NCBI GenBank assembly: GCA_963665155.2
Contig: OY761986.2
Location: 215,789 to 279,788 of the forward strand
Direction: 5' to 3'
Source: Dehalococcoidia bacterium
GTDB taxonomy: Bacteria; Chloroflexota; Dehalococcoidia; Lucifugimonadales; UBA3495
DNA: 64,000 bases
Shown here: piece by piece, positions 57,421-64,000 of the stretch
Numbering within the stretch: the stretch's first letter is position 1
Layout: the number at the start of each line of letters is the position of its first letter
Translations under genes and position numbers: made by a program
The notes under the pieces: model-generated
Seen by the model: only the letters and a program-made list of their open reading frames with translations
Told to the model about the DNA's origin: nothing
Database searches by the model: none

Positions 57421-57690
57421 TTAGCGCGTTTTCATCACTAGATCCACATTTACGCCAAGAATAGTAGTTAAGTAGCGTTCTAGCCGCACGAACTCAAACA
57501 TGGTGGGCGTCTGGCTGAATTCCACCATTAGGTCGATATCGCTGCTTCGATTACTCTCACCCTTGGCATAAGAGCCAAATACGCCCAAAGTCTTGACCCC
57601 ATAATTCTCCGTAATGGCTGGAAGAACGCCTTTAAGGGCACAACGGATTTCTTCCAACGTGATCCGGATATGTGGGCCTCTTTTAGTCAC
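57421..57690 (-). CDS. nucleotidyltransferase-domain protein (MNT-type antitoxin)
   Basis: GVFGSYAKGESNRSSDIDLMVEF (GS...DxD motif). 89 aa. Confidence 0.8.
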   Translation of the reverse strand: MTKRGPHIRITLEEIRCALKGVLPAITENYGVKTLGVFGSYAKGESNRSSDIDLMVEFSQTPTMFEFVRLERYLTTILGVNVDLVMKTR

Positions 57691-57809
57691 GGATGCCTCT
57701 CATGGAGACCATATTATTATTGGTGAAGAGAATTTATAGAACTGTTTCCATCATACCTATTAAGTTACGACGCAGCAAACCGAACGAATCAAGAGACCAA
57801 TCCACAACA

Positions 57810-57837
57810 AAGAGCCCCGACTAAGTCGGGGCTCTTT
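57810..57837 (-). terminator. hairpin terminating the 16S transcription unit
   Basis: AAGAGCCCCGAC taa GTCGGGGCTCTT. On the minus strand it is followed by TGTTGTGG. Confidence 0.6.
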
Positions 57838-57857
57838 CTTTAGTAACAATAACTGAA

Positions 57858-57889
57858 GCGCCTTAACGGCTGAATAGCGGAAAGAAGTA
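57858..57889 (-). other. 3' arm of the 16S precursor processing stem
   Basis: Complementary to 59613-59644: 28/32 Watson-Crick pairs plus 2 G-U. Confidence 0.75.
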
Positions 57890-58091
57890 ATTGGTTCAAG
57901 AGTAATTATAGGTCTCCTCGGTAAAACCGAGAAGCCCGGCGGGTTTTCTTAGGGAACCATTCTTTGAGCCGGGGAGCAAAGCTCTTAACCAACTAGCTCT
58001 AGGAACGGAACACCTGCCGGTCGACCTAGGAGTTGTGCCCGGCCTCCGCCCCGATTGCTCGAGGGTAACAGACCAAGCTCTGTGCTCCTTT

Positions 58092-59603
<1,512 letters not shown>

Positions 59604-59612
59604 TTAAAACCC

Positions 59613-59644
59613 TACTTCTTTCCACTATTCAACTGTTAAGGTGC
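59613..59644 (-). other. 5' arm of the 16S precursor processing stem
   Basis: TACTTCTTTCCACTATTCAACTGTTAAGGTGC is complementary to 57858-57889. Confidence 0.75.
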
Positions 59645-59924
59645 CGCCGCTACTCACTCGTGAGCAGCAGTTCCGCTAGTATACTGGGCCACGAGGGTGC
59701 TGTCAATATAGTCGGGGCACAAATATCACCCCATTCGCCAGCCCGTGCTCTTGACCAAATCCGATTTCGATGGCCCAACCACCGCTCTAAGCCAGCCGCC
59801 ACTCCAATGATGTAATACCGATTCAATCCGGGTTTCGGAGACTCCACTTAACAGGAAGTTCGCCCAAACGACTTCTGGATCCGCGCTCTGTAGGAATCTG
59901 CGTCGCGCTGCTTCGTAGTTAAAC

Positions 59925-61920
59925 CAATTTTGATTCCCTCGTAAAAACCCCTCGTCCTCCGGGGGCAATGGGAGGATAATGTGGGGAAAGGGCGTTGGGG
60001 CAGCGCCTGGCCGAGGGAGGGGAGGATGTTCCGAATACGAGACCCGCAAGAGAGCCTCTGGCAGTCCCAGTTCCTGGTGACGCCGAAGAAGGCTAAGCGT
60101 CTGGAGAGAAGTTGGGCCGAGGTTTTCCGAAACGAGGCGCTCCCCCTGATTGACGAGGAGCGCTTTGCTCCCATGTACTGCGTGGACAACGGCCGTCCCA
60201 ACCGGGCGGTGCAGACCGTCCTCGGGGTCCACCTCCTCAAAGAGATGTTCAACCTCACCGACGATGAAGCTCTGGAACAACTAGAGTTCAACCTGCTCTG
60301 GCACCACGCCCTGCGGCTGGACATCGAGGAGACCCACCTGCCCCAGAAGACCCTCCACAACTTCCGAGTTCGCCTGATGCAGCACGACGGTGGCCGGCTG
60401 GCTTTCCAGGAGACCACGGACCGGATCATCCAGGCGCTGGGCATACGCACCGGAAAGCAACGGCTGGACTCCACCCACATCATGAGCAACATCGCCACAC
60501 TCACCCGGCTGGGCCTGTTCTGTGAGACGATGCGGTTGTTCCTGCGGGCCTTGCGCTGGGAGCACCCAGAGCTTCGCCCTGGGGTTCCGGAGGGCCTCCT
60601 AGGGCGCTATTTGAAGGAAGAAGACGAGGCGACCCACTACGAGGACGCCCGCACGGGGGAGGGTCGGCGACGCCTTTCGGTCTGTGCCCGGGACCTCTAC
60701 CGGCTGGTGGACCGGTTCCATGGCACGACTGCTGCCCAGCTGGAGGAGTACCGGCTGCTGGAGCGGCTGCTGCGGGAGCAGTGCCATGTGGGCAAACACC
60801 GGGACGGGCACCCCAGGGACGATGACGACGATGCTGGGGAATGCAAGGTGCCCGTGGCCTTGAAGGACCCGAAGCAGGTGTCCGCCGACTCGCTGCAATC
60901 GCCCCACGACCCGGATGTGACCTACAGCGGCCACAAGGGGAAGGGGTACGAGGTGCAGGTGGCGGAGACCTGCCACGAGGAGAACGCCACCCAGCTCATC
61001 ACCCACGTGGAGGTGACCCCCTCGAGTGGGAGCGACACCGACGTGAGCGTGCCGGTCGTTGACGGGCTCGCGGAGCGGAAGGTCCGACCGGACGAGCTCT
61101 TCGCCGACACGGCGTAGGGGTCGGGCCGCAATGCCTTCGAAGCCTCGCGCCGGGGAACGGAACTGGTGAGCCCGGTGGCGGGGTCGGCGCCGGGGAACTC
61201 GCACGAAGGAGAGGGTGACGGACCACCGCCGCTCACCGCCGCGGACTTTCAGATCGACGTCACAGGGGAGCAGGCCACGGTGTGCCCCGCCGGCCACCCG
61301 TCCATCGAGGAGCACGAGTTGGAGGATGCGCCGGAGCGGGTAGAGGTCCACTTTGCCAGGACAACATGCGAGCCCTGCCCCTTGCGGTCCCGTTGCCCAG
61401 TGAAGCTGGACCGGCGTGCGGGGGCCTACGTCCTCAAGGCGGACCTGGTGAAGGTGAACATCGAGCGGCGCCGGAGGGCCGAGGCCACCGAGGAGTGGCG
61501 CAAGCGGTATGCCATAAGGGCCGGGATCGAGGGAACGAACTCCGAGCTGAAGCGCGCCCACGGGCTTGGGCGCTTGCGGGTGCGAGGGGGCCGTCGGGTG
61601 CGGCTTGCCGTCTACCTGAAGGCGTTGGCGTGCAACTTCAAGCGGATGGTCCATGCACGCCTGGTGGAGATGGAGAACACGGCTCAGCGGGCGGTCGGGA
61701 CGGTACCTGCGGTCACGGCCGCATGAGGGCGCCGCTCCACAGCTTCCACCGGGTGCCCTGAGCCACGGAAGGGGTAGCGCAACGGGATCACGCTTGTCCT
61801 GAGCGCGGCAGATGGTGCGGTGAGGCCAGCAGCCGGCATCCCGTGGCCTCCTCCCTTCCAGGCCCCTTCGCACGCCAGGGTTCATCTCAAACAGGCCTTT
61901 TTGCGAGGGAATCAATTTTG
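59925..61920 (+). mobile_element. IS5/IS1182-superfamily insertion sequence (~2.0 kb), imperfect terminal inverted repeats
   Basis: The left end is CAATTTTGATTCCCTCGTAAAAA. The reverse complement of the right end (61898-61920) is CAAAATTGATTCCCTCGCAAAAA. Confidence 0.7.
60026..61726 (+). pseudogene. DDE transposase (DUF772-type N-terminus, DDE C-terminus) with in-frame TAG at 61115-61117
   Basis: ...NGRPNRAVQTVLGVHLLKEMFNLTDDEALEQL..., DSTHIMSN, and C-terminal YAIRAGIEGTNSELKRAHGLGRLRVRG. ELFADTA*GSG replaces the expected Tyr codon (TAY) of the ADTAYGS motif. Confidence 0.8.
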
Positions 61921-62184
61921 CGTGGTGGGATGGGGTGTCTCTATGATTATTGCGATTTGCTCTAAAATCGCCGCTGCCGTAAGGTCATCCATAGATGGCG
62001 AGGCAAGTGTGCCTTGGGTACGGAGTTGATCCACGATCGTCCATAAGGCCTTGGATAGCTGGGCATTGGCGATAAGCCTCCTTTTGATCATCGCCATCGG
62101 ATCAGTCTCAACATCATCAGGACAACCATAGGAGGCATCGTTTGCTTCTTTGTCGGTTAATCGAATTTCAGTTGCGTCTATCAT
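61912..62184 (-). CDS. hypothetical protein (90 aa); 3' end lies in the IS terminal repeat
   Basis: The ORF's last three codons and its stop (61912-61920) fall inside the IS right end (61898-61920). The C-terminus was probably altered by the insertion. Confidence 0.3.
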   Translation of the reverse strand: MIDATEIRLTDKEANDASYGCPDDVETDPMAMIKRRLIANAQLSKALWTIVDQLRTQGTLASPSMDDLTAAAILEQIAIIIETPHPTTQN

Positions 62185-62422
62185 AACCTCTCGACAATTG
62201 GCCGGTCCTGGGTCTTTCCTTCAGGACACCGTAGCCTTACACCTGCCTAGAATGCTCCCTGGCGGTAATATCGAGACCAGCTTAAGCTGGATAATAAATT
62301 GATTTGATTATTAAAGGATTATTAAGGCCCACATTATATTTCACTTATGAGTCGAACTAGGGTGCAGCCTAACAGGTAGGCTAGTGCGATTACCGACAAT
62401 GGGTGCTGGGGCCCAAACCCGG

Positions 62423-63343
62423 TCAGGCAGTGCCCACGTAAACAGTGACTCCTTCCATATAGTGAAGGTCAGAGCGTTGGAAGGCATACTCTGGGCTTTC
62501 CGGGTCTACAAGTTTATCAATGGTTTCAGCGTCGGCTTGACTAATAAAGCCCCGCCTTTCATCGCTTTCCACCCAACGCCGTAGCAAGTTGGTCATAAAC
62601 TCCACCTGCAGCGGTTGCAAGGGTGGCAAGACCTCTAGCATGAAGCTCTTGGCCGTCACGTTGCCCAAACCAGCGTCCCGTAATAACTGGGTCCAGCCAA
62701 AGGGATAGGCCAAAACACCCTCCCCGCCCCGTACATGGGTGTGGAACCAAGCCTCGAAGGCTACGTCCAAGCGGTCTTCAAGCCCAGGCTGGCCAACACC
62801 GGAATCTATGGGTAGGAACCGGGACCGCAGACCACCCTCCCGCAGCGCCAACCGGCCTCCCGGTTTTAGAACTCTCCGCAACTCTTTGACCCCGGCAAGC
62901 TGATCGGCTAGGTGGTGAAGGGTGCGGCTCGACCAGACCAAGTCGAATGTACCGTCCTCAAAGGGCAGACGCCCAATGTCGCCCTCGTGGTAGCTCGCCC
63001 TGTCCTTGTGCGGGCTTTTCTCAACTCTCTCCCTGGCTGTTTGCAACAACTCCGGGGTTACATCCAAAGCGGCCACGGTTCCTTCCGGACCCACGGCCCC
63101 GGCCAACAACTCGGTAAAGCCTCCAGCGCCCGAGCCCGCCTCCAATGCCTTGGTGCCTGATGATATGTTTAGCCAATCGGATATTTCTTGGTAAACGCCA
63201 CCGTAGAAAGCGTCAGCCCTTATTAGATTGGAAGGGTCATATGCCCCGTGTCCGTGTCCGTCGCCGTGTCCATGCCGGCTGCTGTGTCCGTGTGATTCGT
63301 GTTCATGCTCTTGGGCAGTCACTAGTCGCCTCTCATTTACCAT
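62423..63343 (-). CDS. class I SAM-dependent methyltransferase with His-rich N-terminus
   Basis: LEAGSGAGGFTELLA (motif I) and LKPGGRLAL. The N-terminus is EHEHESHGHSSRHGHGDGHGHG. Confidence 0.85.
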   Translation of the reverse strand: MVNERRLVTAQEHEHESHGHSSRHGHGDGHGHGAYDPSNLIRADAFYGGVYQEISDWLNISSGTKALEAGSGAGGFTELLAGAVGPEGTVAALDVTPELLQTARERVEKSPHKDRASYHEGDIGRLPFEDGTFDLVWSSRTLHHLADQLAGVKELRRVLKPGGRLALREGGLRSRFLPIDSGVGQPGLEDRLDVAFEAWFHTHVRGGEGVLAYPFGWTQLLRDAGLGNVTAKSFMLEVLPPLQPLQVEFMTNLLRRWVESDERRGFISQADAETIDKLVDPESPEYAFQRSDLHYMEGVTVYVGTA

Positions 63344-63516
63344 ATAATAGTGGGGATAGGATTTGGTGGAGTCTCACGCCGCCTTCAATCACCACCGGTT
63401 AATACCCATTATACGGATGCCAAGCTGCCGGCGCTGATCGGCTTTTTTTGAGACGTTCCGATAAAGGAAACGGCAGGTTGAGCAGCGTCAAGGATGGGGG
63501 ATATAATCGTTTAACG

Positions 63517-64000
63517 ATGAATAATCGGCAAATTAAAGACTTGGGCGAGTTTGGCCTCATCGATCTGCTCAACTGTATGATTGTGGAGGAGCGGTGCGCC
63601 ACTCACAACGCTTCAACCCACGGCTTCCCTTTGCTGGTGGACACGGGAGACGATACTGCGGCGTGGAGGACAACCGAGGGAACCGAGCTATTCACCACTG
63701 ACACGGTGGTGGAAGGGGTCCATTTCACAAGGTCCACCACGCCTTGGGCCGACTTGGGTTGGAAATCCCTGGCGTCCAACATAAGCGACGTCGCCGCAAT
63801 GGGCGGCTTCCCTCATTACGCACTCATTACCTTGGGGCTGCCTCCGGAAACGGAGGTGGAGGACATCCGGGAGCTTTACCGGGGTATGCTGGAAATCAGC
63901 AACGCCTATGGGGTCGCTTTGGTTGGCGGGGACATGGTCCGCTCGCCGGTGGTATTTATAACAGTGGGCCTGACAGGTTACCATCCGGAAAATCCCATGT
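63517..64000 (+). CDS. thiL: thiamine-monophosphate kinase ThiL (5' partial, runs off window)
   Basis: My own translation gives MNNRQIKDLGEFGLIDLL...DTGDDTAAW...TTDTVVEGVHF...GWKSLASNISDVAAMGG...LVGGDM. It is absent from the ORF track because no stop lies in the window. Confidence 0.85.
   Translation, partial: MNNRQIKDLGEFGLIDLLNCMIVEERCATHNASTHGFPLLVDTGDDTAAWRTTEGTELFTTDTVVEGVHFTRSTTPWADLGWKSLASNISDVAAMGGFPHYALITLGLPPETEVEDIRELYRGMLEISNAYGVALVGGDMVRSPVVFITVGLTGYHPENPM

Overview
The window reads as an origin-proximal chromosomal segment of a moderately GC-rich bacterium. It carries dnaA, DnaA-box clusters and a parS-like palindrome. Gene content includes at least four LLM/F420-type oxidoreductases, three tandem CaiB-type CoA-transferases and a DUF1501/DUF1800 pair. 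That content, plus the 16S sequence, suggests Chloroflexota (SAR202-like); this is inference only, since no search was run. The layout has four parts. (1) 1-22.7 kb is an accessory, visibly more GC-rich block. It holds a group II intron inside a penta-HTH gene and a ~5.5 kb stretch with almost no credible ORFs but many repeats, palindromes and a decayed IS110. It also holds a HigB/HigA-like TA pair, a CoiA-like dual-nuclease gene, an IS1182-family IS, a modular peptidase-MA protein and a 1366-aa S8 protease with PA14-like and RCC1 domains. (2) 22.7-47.9 kb is core metabolism: an aminotransferase, an amidohydrolase, lipB, the E1alpha/E1beta/E2 2-oxoacid dehydrogenase genes, dnaA, thiI, a squalene/phytoene-synthase-family gene and several oxidoreductases. 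(3) 48.2-56.8 kb holds an IS701 copy with 21-bp perfect inverted repeats, an LLM gene, an SDR gene and the three CoA-transferases. A 77-bp x4 tandem repeat between two of the CoA-transferase genes encodes stop/start-overlapping 25-aa mini-ORFs. (4) 56.9-64 kb holds TA remnants, a stand-alone 16S rRNA gene with its own processing stem and terminator, a nonsense-inactivated IS5/IS1182-like IS, a methyltransferase and thiL (partial). At least five frameshifts coincide with short G/C (or G/A) runs, so consensus errors are as likely as true pseudogenes. The most unusual items are the 77-bp repeat with mini-ORFs, a four-member repeat family with an invariant 52-nt spacing in the coding desert, and the intron-split penta-HTH gene.
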